The notes beneath the pieces are model-generated. The model was not told the origin of the DNA, did not search any database, and saw nothing but the letters and a program-made list of their open reading frames with translations. Shown here piece after piece: positions 19,457-33,795 of a DNA stretch of 64,000 bases. Source of the DNA: Octopus bimaculoides (Eukaryota); contig NC_068987.1 of the NCBI RefSeq assembly GCF_001194135.2, positions 90,249,561 to 90,313,560 of the forward strand. Direction: 5' to 3'. Every line of letters starts with the position of its first letter. Positions within the stretch are counted from its first letter, which is position 1. The position numbers and the translations under genes were made by a program.

Positions 19457-19707
19457 GATAAGGAAGAAAGAAAAGTGGAGAGATATGACAGGTTAGCTTG
19501 GGAGGTAAAGCAGTTGTGGTCGATGAAAAAGGTGGCAGTAGTAACAATAAGTGTCGGAGCCCTGGGAACAGTGAGCAAAAATCTCGAGAAGTACATGGAA
19601 CAAATAGGGGCTGCAATAAGGGTGGAGCGCTTGCAGAAAACAGCACTGCTAGGAACCGCTCGAATACTCCAGAAGGTGCTCGAAAAATAAAGGGTGTTAC
19701 CTTAGTT
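19457..19707 (+). mobile_element. 5'-truncated R4/Dong-like RLE retrotransposon (copy 2)
   Basis: DKEERKVERYDRLAWEVKQLWSMKKVAVVTISVGALGTVSKNLEKYMEQIGAAIRVERLQKTALLGTARILQKVLEK* (stop 19688-19690). Highly similar to 6400-6646, and begins directly after an (AAT)n run. Confidence 0.88.
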
Positions 19708-19834
19708 TACTGTTAGTGAACTCTAACAACACTTTATTTAGTGATAGGAAGAGTAAAAGATCAGTAAATAAGAAAATGGCTAATATAGAAACATTAATGG
19801 TACAAATGGGTGGAGGCAAGTCTGTGGAGTTAAG

Positions 19835-19870
<36 letters not shown>

Positions 19871-20184
19871 ATTTGTCATCCACTACTGCCTGACAATTGG
19901 TGTTGGTTTGTTTATGTTCCATTAACTTGGTAGTTTGGTAAAGGAGACTGATATAATAAGTACCAGATATAAAAATAAAAACTGGAGGCAATTTGTTTTG
20001 ATTAAACCCTTTAATGTGGGTGCTCCAACATGACCGAAACTAGTAAAAGATAATAGTGTAGACCACCCAGAGGCAAACAAAGACAATGGGGGAGGGGGGA
20101 GTCAGTTCAGGAACTTGGAACTGGATTTCAATTCTGACCATTTTCCTTCAGATTTCCTGTGACATTATGGGTACAGTGAATGCA

Positions 20185-20506
20185 TTTCAGTCAAATCGAC
20201 CCTAGGACTTATTCATTGTAAGCCTAGTACTTATTCCATAGGTCTCTTTTGCCAAACCACTAAGTTACAGGGACATGAACACACCAACATTGGTTGTTAA
20301 GCAATAGAGGGGGGAACAAACACAGATACAACTACACACACACAATGGGCTTCTTTCAGTTTCTGTCTACCAAATCCACTTACAAGGCTTTGGTCGGCCC
20401 GAGGCTATAGTAGAAGACACTTGCCCAAAGTGGCATGCAGTGGGACTGAACCCGGAACTATGTGGTTGGGAAGCAAGCTACTTACCACACAGCCATGCCT
20501 GCGCCT
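20185..20506 (-). mobile_element. SINE family A
   Basis: Collinear similarity to 13006-13392, lacking part of the 3' end. Confidence 0.88.
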
Positions 20507-20649
20507 ATTTGAATACTGAATGAGAGTAAGTATTTTTTTATTGTTATTATTATTACGATAATGATTAGTTTTTCTTTCAACTTTGCTTCCATTTCTTGCC
20601 AAGTGTCTTCCTGACACCTAGGACAGAGAAACTCACTGTACACCAATAT

Positions 20650-20856
20650 TTCTATCATTATTATCATTACTACTACTGTTATTATTAGTACTGTTATTAT
20701 TACTACTACCACTATTACTATTACTACTACTACTACCACTATTATTACTACTACTACTACCACTATTATTACTACTACTACTACTACCACTATTATTACT
20801 ACTACTACTACTATTACTATTATTACTACTGTTATTATTACTACTACTACCACTAC

Positions 20857-20887
<31 letters not shown>
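20650..20887. repeat. Compound (TAT/TAC)n triplet tract with a 24-27 bp higher-order unit
   Basis: ACCACTATT.. recurs at 20708, 20735, 20759, 20786 and 20849. Confidence 0.9.
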
Positions 20888-20888
<1 letters not shown>

Positions 20889-23215
20889 TACTTGCATACA
20901 GAAATAGTTCGACCATATGGTGGAAATATTTTGTTGCTAGGTATCAGACAGAAGCAAGTAGAATAATATAAAGCTGATACAAGATGTAGAGAAAGAGAGA
21001 ACAGAAATGCCAACAACATCAATAGTAATTATTTAGCTGATACACTTCTTCCATGACCAAACTATCTGAAATATTCAAGTCAGTTGAAAGGCCAACAAAA
21101 TGGATTCAATCTGCATCCAATATAGACGATAATTTGATAAAGTAAGTGAAGACTGGGAAATTAATAGTCGGCATCCACTGTTAACCCAAGAGCAATGTCA
21201 TACAACATTATCATTCTTTCGTAGTTTATACGGCTCCCACTTCTCTCTCTCTCTCTTTCTCACACACAACTAGGTTTTAAGAAATGCAATGAGAATATTA
21301 CTATGGAAATTAAATAACTATCATTAAAGTTAGGTCATATCTATTGAGCTTCATAAAAGCAACAAAAAATAAAATATAAACAAATATATATTTAGACAGT
21401 AGAATTGGTAGAGTTCCAGACAAACTATTTTATGGTATTTGGCTGCATCTCTTTACAAGCCAAGTTCACATCCCATTCAAGTCCATTTTGTTTTTCATCT
21501 TCCCAAGGTTAATAAAATACTAGGGTTAATTTGATTGGCAATACTCAAGAAGACAGAGCCCCAGTATGGCCACAGTCTAATGATTAGAACCAATTAAAGA
21601 ACACACATACGTGCAGATCCCCCACACGCACGCACACCTAATGACTTCATTTACCTCTAAGACTACTTCCTTCATTTTTTTTCTTTCTCAGTTTAATCCA
21701 ATCACGATCATTGCTGGTTACTTGGCCATAAATGGCAGAATGACATTTGAGTCTGTCTATCTTTTCCTAAAGTTACACACTTCACAACACTGACTTTTTC
21801 TGAAAATGGTTAGAATAAACAACCAAGAAACAGATGGGCACAAGACAGAAAAGGATAAGGTTAGAAAGTAGATAAGGTATAGCAAGGAATGGTAATGGTG
21901 ACTGGCATAGCATTACAGGACTACTCTGCTACTCTTACTATACCTGCCAACAGAGAGAGACAGCAGGATCAAATTTAAACTTAAACATCCAATTCCTTTA
22001 CTTAAATTATTCCATATCAAAGAGACAGAGACTTCTGGATTAACTAATGCAGTATAACAACTGTGTTCTAACTTTTGCTGTCATTATAATAACTCTTTAC
22101 TATAGTTACTACAACAACATCAGCAAACAACCTTCATTTTTTGGCAACCTGTTTAATATCTACCATTAATGGGCATTAAAAAAGAAAAAAAGTGCCTTGA
22201 TCAATTCTTCCCCATCCACCACCATTTCCAGGTCATAAAAATTGCATTTGGAACAGATTGCATTTTATAAATGCTTCTTACTACAAGTTGCAGTAAAGCT
22301 AAAAGCTTAATGGATCTAATGGCCATGGACTTGTCCTTAGGAAACAAAAATAGAGAAATACCATCCATGATCATATGTTAATGATTCTACTTTTTCCTTT
22401 TTTTTTTCCTCTCCACTTCCATAAAAAAACATTCCATTTATATAAATTACATAAATTCTCAATTGCTTGCATATATCAATTTATCTTTAGTATGCCGAGC
22501 TATAATGAGTGGGAGGTTTTAAGCGACAAAAATACAAAAAAAACTAAATTATTATCTTTTTGAAAGTCGAATTAACCCTATAACATGTAAAGTATCAAAT
22601 ATGCAGTGAAAAACAAAAAACAGTAAAATCTAAAAATTTGGCTGGAAAAGTTGAAAAGTTGCAACACCCACAAGGTATTATGATGCTTGTATGCAATAAT
22701 AATGTTGTCGTTCAAACAAAGAATCCTTAAATTTGTTATGGCATTTGATTTGTCATTCTTTGTAAAAAATTATTGTATTTGAAGCATCAAGAATTATTAA
22801 CAATTTGGCTTCAAGTAAGATTCTCAGCATCTTCGTATTGTTCATTGTTGCAATGGTTTCTCAAACGTTATATTAATATTCTTGATTCTTTATTGAATAA
22901 AATTATTTTCCAATTAGAAAAAAAAAAAAAAAAAAAAAAAAATCCTCTCCCACTTCAACTCTTTTACATTGCGTGAGTGGGTGTATATAAGTGTACATAT
23001 ATCTGTGTGTGTGCATGTATATACGTATATCTATGTATGCATTCATGTCTATACTGTTCTAATTTTTCATCATCGAGATAGATGGTGGTGGAGTTTACTG
23101 TGTTTATATTATTCACACAATCATCATTTAACATCCATTTTCCCTGCTGGTATGGGTTGGACTGTTTGACAGGAGCTGCACCAGACTCCAATTGTCTGTT
23201 TTGGCATGGTTTCCA

Positions 23216-23588
23216 CATGCCACCAGCACGGGTGCTTTATAAACGTGCCACTAGCATGGGTGCTTTATATATGTGCTACCAGCACGGGTGCTTTATATAT
23301 GTGCCACTAGCATGGGTGCTTCATATATGTGCCACCAGCACAAGTGCTTTATATATGTGCCACTAGCATGGGTGCTTTATATATGTGCCACTAGCATGGA
23401 TGCTTTATATATGTGCCACCAGCACAAGTGCTTTATATATGTGCCACCAGCACAAGTGCTTTATATGTGCCACCAGCATGGGTGCTTTATATACATGCCA
23501 CCAGTACGTGCTTTATATACATGCTACCATGGTGAGTGCTTTATATACATGCCACCAGCACGGGTGCTTTATATGTAGCACCAGCACC
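23216..23588. repeat. 28-bp minisatellite, about 13 copies
   Basis: Unit GTGCCAC(C/T)AGCA(C/T)(G/A)(G/A)GTGCTTTATATAT, continuous with an RTE-type 3' tail on its left. Confidence 0.92.
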
Positions 23589-24547
23589 GTCATGATACAT
23601 CATTTTCCCTACAGCTATTTCTTTTCATCTCGTACAATAGTATATTTTTTTTTGTCTTTTTACAGAGAAATAATTATTTAATGTTCAATGAAAAAAATAC
23701 TTATAGAACGGAATATCTAACTTCAACTGGTTTTGAACTCTCACTCCGGCTATGAGACAAACACTTTCACACATGCATTTACACAGGATAGACTTTTAGT
23801 CTCCGCCTATCCAATCCACTCACAGGGTTTCGGCTGGCTTGAGACATTTGTGGAAGACACCTGCCCAAGGTGCCAACTCCGTGCTTTATTTCTTCTCCCC
23901 GACACAAAAACAAATGAAAAGTAAAGCTTTTCTACAAAAAGGAAAACAGGAAAATGTAAATGGTACACCATGTGAATAAAAGATAAAACAGTACAAGAGT
24001 GCTATATGGATAAGTGATATCTCCATGGGTAGGTTTTAGAGAGTACAAGCCAAATAGGGGAGCATCTATGTGGTTACTTGACTACCTAGAAACAGCAACC
24101 AACTCTTTCTCAATACATTAGTTTTTAAAAATGGGAAGGACATACTGAATATCAAGATGGTGATGGTTGGAACTGTTCTGCTTACAGGTCAACTTAATCA
24201 TGCCTGACCTGACCAGGGGCTAAACAACAGCAATTTCATGTAATATGTTGAAGGGTCAAAAGCCAAGTGAAGTGAAATGACCCAGACAGGAATTTAACCA
24301 GTGTTGCAGAACTTGGTTCATCAGGTACTTTCTATTCTGTTGGTCTAAGAAAATCTACCCAAAACCTACTACTACATAATATATTAAATGGAGAAAAAAA
24401 GAAAGAAAACAAACAAATCTGCAAATAAAAAGAAAAGGAAACACACACACAAAGAAAAATAAGATACAAACATATCTTAGCTACTCGGATTTCTTGTACA
24501 AGTTCCAAGAAAGAAGGTTGAAGTGTATCTTATGTTGCATGATACAT

Positions 24548-24556
24548 ATATATTTT

Positions 24557-24608
<52 letters not shown>

Positions 24609-24613
24609 CATAT

Positions 24614-24654
<41 letters not shown>

Positions 24655-24781
24655 CATACATATATATACATATATATATACATACATATATATATATATG
24701 CATACATACATATATACATACATACATACATATATACATACATACATATATACATACATACATATATACATACATACATGT
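24548..24781. repeat. Compound (TA)n/(CA)n/(CATA)n microsatellite
   Basis: Direct reading. Similar tracts at 26690-26835, 55258-55549 and 18560-18660. Confidence 0.95.
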
Positions 24782-25276
24782 ATTTATTACCCTAATCACC
24801 ACCACAATCATTGTTTTTATGCCCTTCCCCTAGCCTCATAATTGGGTTGAGCAAGTCTCAAAGAGTCTTACATACTTTACAATGTAATGGGTATATTTTT
24901 ATATATTTATCATGCTGCCAACACATGATAGAGGTTGGCTATAGCAGAAAGAAAAGCTTTCTTTTGCCCAGAATCAGTTTTTTTAAGAAGTTACTTCCCT
25001 CCCAGACAAGTTACCTGTGATGTGGTTTGTTGAATCAACATCTCTTTCACTCATTCCGTCCTTTTGTTTTAGGTTTTTTTCTTTTTCTGTTTTCTTTGGC
25101 ACCATTCTTTATGGTTAGATGCCCTTCTTATCACCAAATGCTTTGCAGATTGCACTCTGCACATTTTATCATACGTCTATAGACGTTGGAATTTCAGTTT
25201 TGCAAACTGAACAGAAATAATTGCACAGACAGGCAAGACAGATAATGTCTTACAATGCAATAGTTATAAAATATAC

Positions 25277-25318
<42 letters not shown>

Positions 25319-26949
25319 ACATACACAGAATCATCATCATCATTTAATGTCTGTTTTCCATGCTGGCATGGGTTGGATGGTTTGACAGGAACTGGCAAGC
25401 CAGAGCAGTATGACAAGCTCCAATGTCTGTTTTGCCTGATATTGTGCATGTGTGTGTGAACACACACACACACACACACACATATATCAAACTTTGCTCC
25501 TACACAAAATTAACATTGTATCTCCTCAATCATTATTGTCTTAAAAATCATCATCATCATCATACAGACAATCCTTTTACACGATTTTGTTGACATCTAC
25601 CACAAATCTCAAATCAAAATAACATTTTTAGTTTATAAAGAAACAATTATACAGCAACTGAGTTAAAGCGCGTGCACACACACACACTCACACACACACA
25701 CACTCACACACACACACACACACACAAAACACTAAAATCTGTGGTACTGTAGACAAACCTGCTTAACGCAATCCACAGTCTAAAAAAAAAAAAAGAAAGA
25801 AAGGAAGAAATCTAATAAATTGTATTTATGGATAGATGGGGCTATTATGGAAACATAAAAAGAATTTTTAAAAAATAAAATAAAATAAGTCAATAATCAG
25901 AATGAATTGAACAGAAACAGTTGGTAAATCAATAATTTACCTATGTAACAGCTGGCTAAAAGTGAAGGCGTTAAATGAGAGTTGTAGAAATATTAGTTTG
26001 GTAAGTAGGGAGGAGGAAGAGGAGGATCTAGTAGGAGGAGGAGGAAATATAATAAGTCTATCATCCAATTTCATTGTTCACACTGAGATGTTTCTTTCCA
26101 ATAAATAAACAAACAAAGACTATTATTTCAACACTTTTCCTCAACACCATTCAGTTCTCTTTTATATAAATATACACAGCATGTCCTCCTCTGCATCAAT
26201 ATAGCAAAAACCCTTTCTTAAACACACACACAAACACACCTCTATACGTGTGTGTGTGTATGTGTGTATTGGTTTTGTTTTGTAACAGATCAATACAAAG
26301 ATTAGGCAAAAGAAACACATGCAGGAGTCTTGCAACAACTTGTGCTTTTTATCTCCTAAACAGATTTATGTTCCATCGAGCTTAGCTTCGTATAGTATAT
26401 CTGTGCAGATGTAAAAGGAGATGGCAGGCTGGGGTGGGGGTGGTGGCTTCCATGTTCAAAGTAAACATGAAAGAACAGAGCGAGAAAACTTCCAAATGTA
26501 TTAGGTGTTATATTTTCATCAAAATAATTCTTTCCCCTCTTCTAAATGAGATTATAAAATACAATATCTTTCTAGTTTTCTAGGGGTCAGAAAACATCTT
26601 CTGTAGAAAGATACAAAGTACAATACACACACACACACATATACACACAAATGCACTAAGATATTAGTACACACATATACACGCAGGCAGACAAAATATA
26701 TATATATATATATATATATAGATTAATACATAAATACATGCAAACATACACACACACATATATTGTATTAGTATATGTGTGTGTATACATATATATATAT
26801 ACACACACATACAAACATTATATAAACACAAATACACAGCTTTATTTCTGCGTTTCATGCATGTATGCACATAAATTTATGTGCAAATGTAGAAATGAAT
26901 GCACCAATAGGCAGTCATCCAGTGTAAGCGAGTGCACATGTATATTCCC

Positions 26950-27297
26950 TTTTTACTCGTGTCAGTCATTTGACTGCAGCCATGCTGGAGCACCGCCTTT
27001 AGTTGAAGAAATCGACCCCAGGACTTGTTCTTTGTAAGCCTAGTACTTATTCTATCGATCTCTTTTGTTGAATCACTAAGTTACGGGGACATAAACACAC
27101 CAACACCAGTTGTCAAGTGATGGGAAGGGGAGACAAACACACACACACACACACATATATATATACACACACACAATGAGCTACTTTCAGTTTCTGTCTA
27201 CCAAATCCACTCACAAGGTCTTGGTCAGCTTGAGGCTATAGTAGAAGACACTTGCCAAAGGTACCATGCAGTGGGACTGAACCCGAAACCATGTGAT
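26950..27297 (-). mobile_element. SINE family A
   Basis: Collinear similarity, with the head partly missing. Confidence 0.88.
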
Positions 27298-27840
27298 GAG
27301 GTAATGAGTGTGTGATGTTCCATATGGAGGAAGTCAACAGCAGGTTTAAGTGGCTTTCATTAACAGAGCTCAACAGATGACAGACAGTAGCCATCTTCTG
27401 ACAGGATTTCTCATTCCCTTCTGTTCCCTTCTCCTCACCCACCAAAATTTCACACTTTACATTTACACAGCAAATTAATAGCAAATAGAAACCAAAAACC
27501 AAAAACAAGCAACAAATGAACCCCAGCCAGACAAAAAAGCAGTAGCGAAACTTCTATATATGTTGTCATTCGACCTGCTTCATATAGCAAATGAAATTAC
27601 TTTTCAAAAAACCTCCCCACCGCCATTATGATAAAAAGGTGGAGGAAGGAGCATGGCGGAAATCATAGATTTTTTTTTTCTTTTGAATAGCAAGGACCAA
27701 AGAAAGTCAAGATATCCATGAACACAAAGAAGCTGGATTACCAAACAAAGGAACCTCTACACAGTTTCTAGATTTGCAAAAATAGCAACTAAATTTTCCT
27801 TAAACTGCAACTTAATGCCTTAAGAAAAAAAAAGGTAAAC

Positions 27841-28101
27841 ATTGGATTTGGTAGACGGAAACTGAAAGAAGCCTGTCATATATATGTGTGTGTGTGTGTA
27901 TGTTTGTGTGTGTGTTTGTCCCCTCCAACATCGCTTGACAACCGATGCTGGTGTGTTTACGTCCCCGTAACTTAGCGGTTCGGCAAAAGAGACCGATAGA
28001 ATAAGTACTAGGCTTACAAAAAATAAGTCCTGTGTTCGATTTGCTCGACTAAAGGCGGTGCTCCAGCATGGCCGTAGTCAAATGACTGAAACAAGTAAAA
28101 G
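27841..28101 (+). mobile_element. SINE family A, 5'-truncated, CpG-rich (young)
   Basis: GGATTTGGTAGACGGAAACTGAAAGAAGCC...GGCGGTGCTCCAGCATGGCCG...AAGTAAAAG. Confidence 0.88.
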
Positions 28102-28437
28102 CGTATTGGATAATGTAGTTCTAAGTATACCAAAAGACATGATGGTCATGTCTAGAATTTAGATAAAACTTGATCTAACGGAACAAAGGCTGGTTGATGA
28201 CAACTGAAAGCCATGATTTGGTCCAATTGGGTCTCATTTCTTTCAAGAACATTTAAAGTTAAAATAAGACTGAAGAAATACTTTTATTCTTTTACTGGTT
28301 TTAGTTACTGAACTGTGGCCATGCTGGGGCAGTGCCTTCAAGATTTTGCTGACAATACCAACCCCAGGACTTCTATAGCTTTATACTGACCAGCACATAG
28401 CGAATAGAATTGGTAGACAGAAATTGAGAATCTCTCT

Positions 28438-28506
<69 letters not shown>

Positions 28507-30410
28507 TGTGTGTCTGTGTGTGTGTGTGTGTGTGATGCTCCCTTGCCTAGACTTCATGTGATAGTTGTAAGCAAATGTTATCGTCGAGTGGTGTCCATTT
28601 CCAGTCTTCTGTGAAAACATGGTCGCGGAGAAATATTACTTTACTTGGAAGGCAGGTGAGGGCTGGTGGCAGGAAGAGCATCCAGCTGTAGATTATTCCC
28701 CTAAACAAATTGCATCCAACCATGAAAATGTGGAAAAGTGGATGTTAAAACGGTGATGCGGATAAATTATAATAGAATGTTACTAAAATTATTACATTGA
28801 ACAATTAAATCTACAAGAAATTCTCTTGCGAAAGTAATAGCATGTGGTTCAGAACAGTCTGCCATGTCTACATATATTTAAAAAGATTCTGTCTGTTAAG
28901 TCCAGTTGGCTGTAATCTGTGATTAAGCTTCTATGAAACAAAGATAAGTCTTCTACCTGGTTTTGTTAAACTCAATAATATGTGACTTCTAAAACCAAAT
29001 TGTCTTACAAATTTATTTTTTCTTTCTCTCTAGAACAACATTTGATAAAAACATCAGACACTCTGGCATATATATATATATATATATAAAATAAGTACTG
29101 AGGTCAATTTGTTCAATCAAAATTTCTCGTGGCAGTGCTCCAGCATGGTCGCAGTCTAATGACTGAAATAAGTGAAAGATATGTTAGGGGCTGGAAAAGA
29201 ATTTTGATCTCACAGACCCATAATCACAGCTATGTGAATTGTACCCCAGATAAATTACCCAAACTTCACTTTTTCTCAAGATAGAGTGAGATTTGAAGAC
29301 TAAACTGCTATTTCTAGCAAATCAAGTGATTAGATTTCCTGAGGAAATACTGTATTTATTGGTGGAGCAGAAAGAAATTGTCATTTTTAATAATTAATAA
29401 ATTGTAAGAATGAAGAGAGAAAATATCCTATAAATTTTTTTTCTAGAATCATGTTACCATTTATTTTTAAGAGGTGACAAAGTAACTTTCAACATTTATA
29501 TTTCATAGCAGCAGTTGTTTTAACTTTAGCCATTAAATGTCTTGTTGAAGAAAGTGGAGAATGGTACTAATGTAGTTTCAAATGTTGAGGCCTGAAATAA
29601 TTCATTCCACCAATATCCCCATCATCATCGTTTAATGTCTGTTTTCCAAGCTGTCATGGGGTGGATGGTTTGACTGGAGACTGGCAAGCCAGGAGGCTGC
29701 ACCAAGCTTCAATCTGATCTGGCATGGTTTCTACAGCTGGATGCCCTTCCTAACGTCAACCACTCAGAGAGTGTAGTGGGTGTTTTTGATGTGCCATCAG
29801 CATGGGGAGCCAGTCAAGCGGCACAGGCATCAGTCACAACTACAGTTTCCATTTGATTTTAATTATATTTGAATAATTATATTTGAATAACATTAAGCAG
29901 CAGCAATAATAATAATGGTTTCAAATTTTGGCACAAGGCCAGCAATTTTGGGGGAGGGGATAAGTTGGTTACATCAATCCTTGTGTTTTACTGGTACTTA
30001 TTTCATCAACCCCAAAAGGATGAAAAAAAAAGTCAACTTCAGTGGAATTTGAACTCAGAACATAAAGACAGACAAAATACTGCTAAGCGTTTTGCCTGGA
30101 GTGCAAAGAATTCTGCCAGCTCACCAAATTTACAAATAATAATAATAACAATAATAAGACTTATTTCAAGTTTTAGCACAATGCCAACAATTTTAGGAAG
30201 GTATCAATCAATGAAATCGACCCCAGTATATGACAAGTACTTTATTCTACTTTAAGATGGAAAGCAAAGTTGATGTTGGTGGAATCTGGAACTCAGACTG
30301 GTAATTGAAATGCTGGTAAGGATTCTGCTGGTGCACACCGCTAATAGTGGCAGCGGCAATGGTTTTCTACAATAGACACAAGGGCTGAAAGTATTCTGTG
30401 TAGAGTATTC

Positions 30411-30442
<32 letters not shown>

Positions 30443-30563
30443 ATGAATGAATGAAAGAAAGAAAGGACAGGATGCTCATATCTCTGATCAAAGACTTGCA
30501 ACTATGTGCAGCAGACATGCACTGAACATCAAAAGAAATAGAACCCCACATTGCTGAGTGAAA

Positions 30564-30895
30564 GAAGGCATGGCTGTGAGGTTAAGAAGCCCATTTGCAA
30601 CCATATGGTTTTGGGTTCAGTCCCATTGCATGGCACTTTGAGTAAATGTCATCTACTGTAGCCCAACGTTTTGTGAGTGTATGTGTGTGTGTGTGTGTGT
30701 CCACCACCAACTGATAATTAATGTTGGTTTGTTTATGTTTCTGTAACTTAGCAGTTCAGAAAAAGAGACTGATAGATCAATTATTAGACTTAAAAATATG
30801 TACTGGGGTTGGCTGGTTCGAGTACACCCTTCAAGATAGTGCCCCAGCATGCCCAGAGTCCAATGACTGAAATAAGTAAAAGTTAAAAAAGATAA
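30564..30895 (+). mobile_element. SINE family A, degraded
   Basis: GGCTGTGAGGTTAAG head through to the AAGTAAAAG tail. Confidence 0.8.
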
Positions 30896-33354
30896 ATGAC
30901 TGAGACACTCAACAGTAATTGCTAACATGAGAGATCATTACGACTAAAGAAAAAAGAATCTTAAATCATTAAGCAATTATTTTGGTAAATAATTAATTTG
31001 ACATGAGTTGATATCTTATCAATCATTAACTGAAGCCTTCCCCAAGGAAAGTAGAAGAAATATAAAACATAAAATGGGTAAAAAGAAAAAAAAAAGAGAA
31101 AATTAAACATCAAGAAAAAATATAGACTAAGACTGAAGTGGGGGAGGGGGGATTGACATCATTTAAATATTTGAAATAATTTAGATTGTTGTAATGAGAA
31201 GTCTGAAGGAATGTTAAAGACAGAAGATTTGATAGTTGTGCAGCCGAAAAGGTTTCGTCTTTTACCTACAACTTTTGAATTTCTAATGTTAATCCTACAT
31301 TAAACTTTAATAATGTTAAGCTGACATTGCTAATAATTCTGTAATCCATTTCAGTGAATATCCTACAAGAGGATTACCATATAACAAGATTTCTTTCTTT
31401 GTTGGTGCCATGTCAACGAGCACCTGTGCTGGTGCCATATATAAAACACTGGGGTTGGTGCCATGTAAAAAGCATCAAGTACACTCTGTCAAGTGGTTGG
31501 TGCCACAAAGGACATCAAATCATAGAAGCATTGCCAAAACAGACAATTGGAGTCTGGTGCAATCCTCTGGCTTGCTAGTTTCTGTTAAACAGTCCAACTC
31601 ATGCCAGCATAGAAAATACATCTGCACAGAATTAATTTGTCTACAGAATTAATTTGTCTACAGAATTAATTTGTGAGAACAAACATATTCAGAAGGAATA
31701 AACTATAGTAACTATCGTTTATTTCTTTGTAATTATTTGATTAATTTAAATAGTTCATGTATGGAACACTATACACATGTATGGAACACTATAAACATTG
31801 TTAAGATCTACAATTCAAGGTTGCGGTCTGCATCAGTTGAAGTGAATCTGTAAAAGTTTGGAGAAAGAAACAAATCACACCAAATCGATTTCTTGCGAGG
31901 TATAAAAAATTCATTGATTGGAACAACAGTCATTCTTTGGAGAGAGAGAAAATACGGATAATATGAGAGTGATAGAAACGGGAGTGAGAAAGAGATGAAA
32001 GAATAACGTGGTGTAAATGTGTGAAGAGAAAAGGAAAATGAAGTGTGAGAGCAGTGAGCAATGTCGGAGGAAATAAAGCCTACCAAGAGATGGTAGATGT
32101 TTTGCTAAATTAAAGAACAACTCTCTGAAATGAAACACTGCATCATCTTCTTATAAAGTGACAACTACAACAACAATAATTATCCAACCAAATACAATGA
32201 ACTTTTTGGTGTTATTTATCTTAAGCAGACCTGAGATCAAAAGCATTCCAGCCATGGCCATCTTGTCTTTTTTTTTTTTTTTTCGGGTAGTGTATCTAGG
32301 ACTATATTATAAATGACTGGTGACCTTCTTTTATTAAGACTGTAGGGTGTGATTCAAGTGAATTTTTACTTATTTCTAACAGGTCACAAGGCCACATAAA
32401 AGCTTGAAACTAATGTCATCAGNNNNNNNNNNNNNNNNNNNNNNNNNNNNNNNNNNNNNNNTTAACTGTCATTGCATCACACAAAAAGGATACTTACTGA
32501 ATAAATTGATGGACTTGGTATTGTTCAAACTATCAACACCTGAAATTAGAAATAAAAACTTAAGTCAGAATTGCATTAAAATTTATTGACAAAGTCCTTC
32601 TTACAACTAAGGTAAGTCTACTCAGAACAATACACTTCCCCCACTTTTTTTTAAAATCTAACACAGATTTATATGTCTATGTTACATTCAAAATTCACAT
32701 ACATACATGCAGAAACATTGTGTATATGCATAAGTGTGTGCACAAGAAATACACACATGTGGTAGCTGTTAACTTCGACAAAAGATGCAGCTGTACAGGA
32801 AACTACAAAACCACAACTGTTCTCATCTCTATTATTCCTTCCATGCCCTCATGAGTGAGGAAGCTAGAGAAGAAGTGATTTTTTTTCTTCTTTCATTGCA
32901 ATCACATGTGATACTCAGATGGTTGCAACAAAAGGGCCACTGCTTGTGTGTGGTACCAAGAAGCCTGAGACTTATGTTTTGGGGGTCGGGTGTGCATGCC
33001 TGCAATTCATATTTTGCAGCATGTGTTCCACTCTTAGGAATGTTTGAAGCCAAAAAACCTTTTGTGACAGTATTTTTGTTAAACTATACTTACATCTGTT
33101 GTCTTTGAAAATAATGAAGAATTCACTAAAGCAATTTTGTCATAATTAAACTGGTATTTGTAACTCAATTAAAAACCAATAAAATTTTATGTAAATTTAG
33201 GATCGCTTTAGAACAGGAAGTCCGCATCAGAGAATAAAGGGTTGTCTCAGGAAGATTGGTATCAAAAGGGTAAAAAATAACTGAAGTAAAAACAGGCAAG
33301 ATAGTTACAAACTACAAACATTTCATGTTTCAAAAGATTCTGTCCTTCTCTTAT

Positions 33355-33748
33355 ACTCTTTACTCTTTTACTTGTTTCAGTCATTTGACTGTGGCCATGC
33401 TGGAGCACTGCCTTTTAGTCAAGCAAACCGACCCCAGGACTTATTCTTTGTAAGCCTCGTACTTATTCTATCAGTCTCTTTTGCCGAACCGCTAAGTTGC
33501 GGGGACGTAAACACACCATCATCAGTTGTCAAGCGATGTTGGGCGGACAAACGCACACATACAAACATAAACACACACACATATATGACGGGCTTCTTTC
33601 AGTTTCCGTCTACCAAATCCACTCACAAGGCATTGGTCGGTCTGTAACTATAGCAGAAGACACTTGCCCAAGGTGCGACACAGTGGGACTGAACCCGGAA
33701 CCATGTGGTTGATAAGCAAGCTAATTACCACACAGCCACTCCTGTGCC

Positions 33749-33749
<1 letters not shown>
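33355..33749 (-). mobile_element. SINE family A, near full length
   Basis: Full collinear similarity to 13006-13392. Confidence 0.9.

Positions 33750-33795
<46 letters not shown>

Noticed and set aside
21037-21141. Candidate first coding exon MTKLSEIFKSVERPTKWIQSASNIDDNLI
   Set aside because: Only splice-signal evidence, with no domain match.
24477-24841. Long ORFs rich in YI/HT/CV/LS/RE or poly-I/V here and at 8273-8553, 20482-20916, 33973-34464, 37422-38013, 42457-42856 and 55181-55728
   Set aside because: These are translations of di- and trinucleotide microsatellites.
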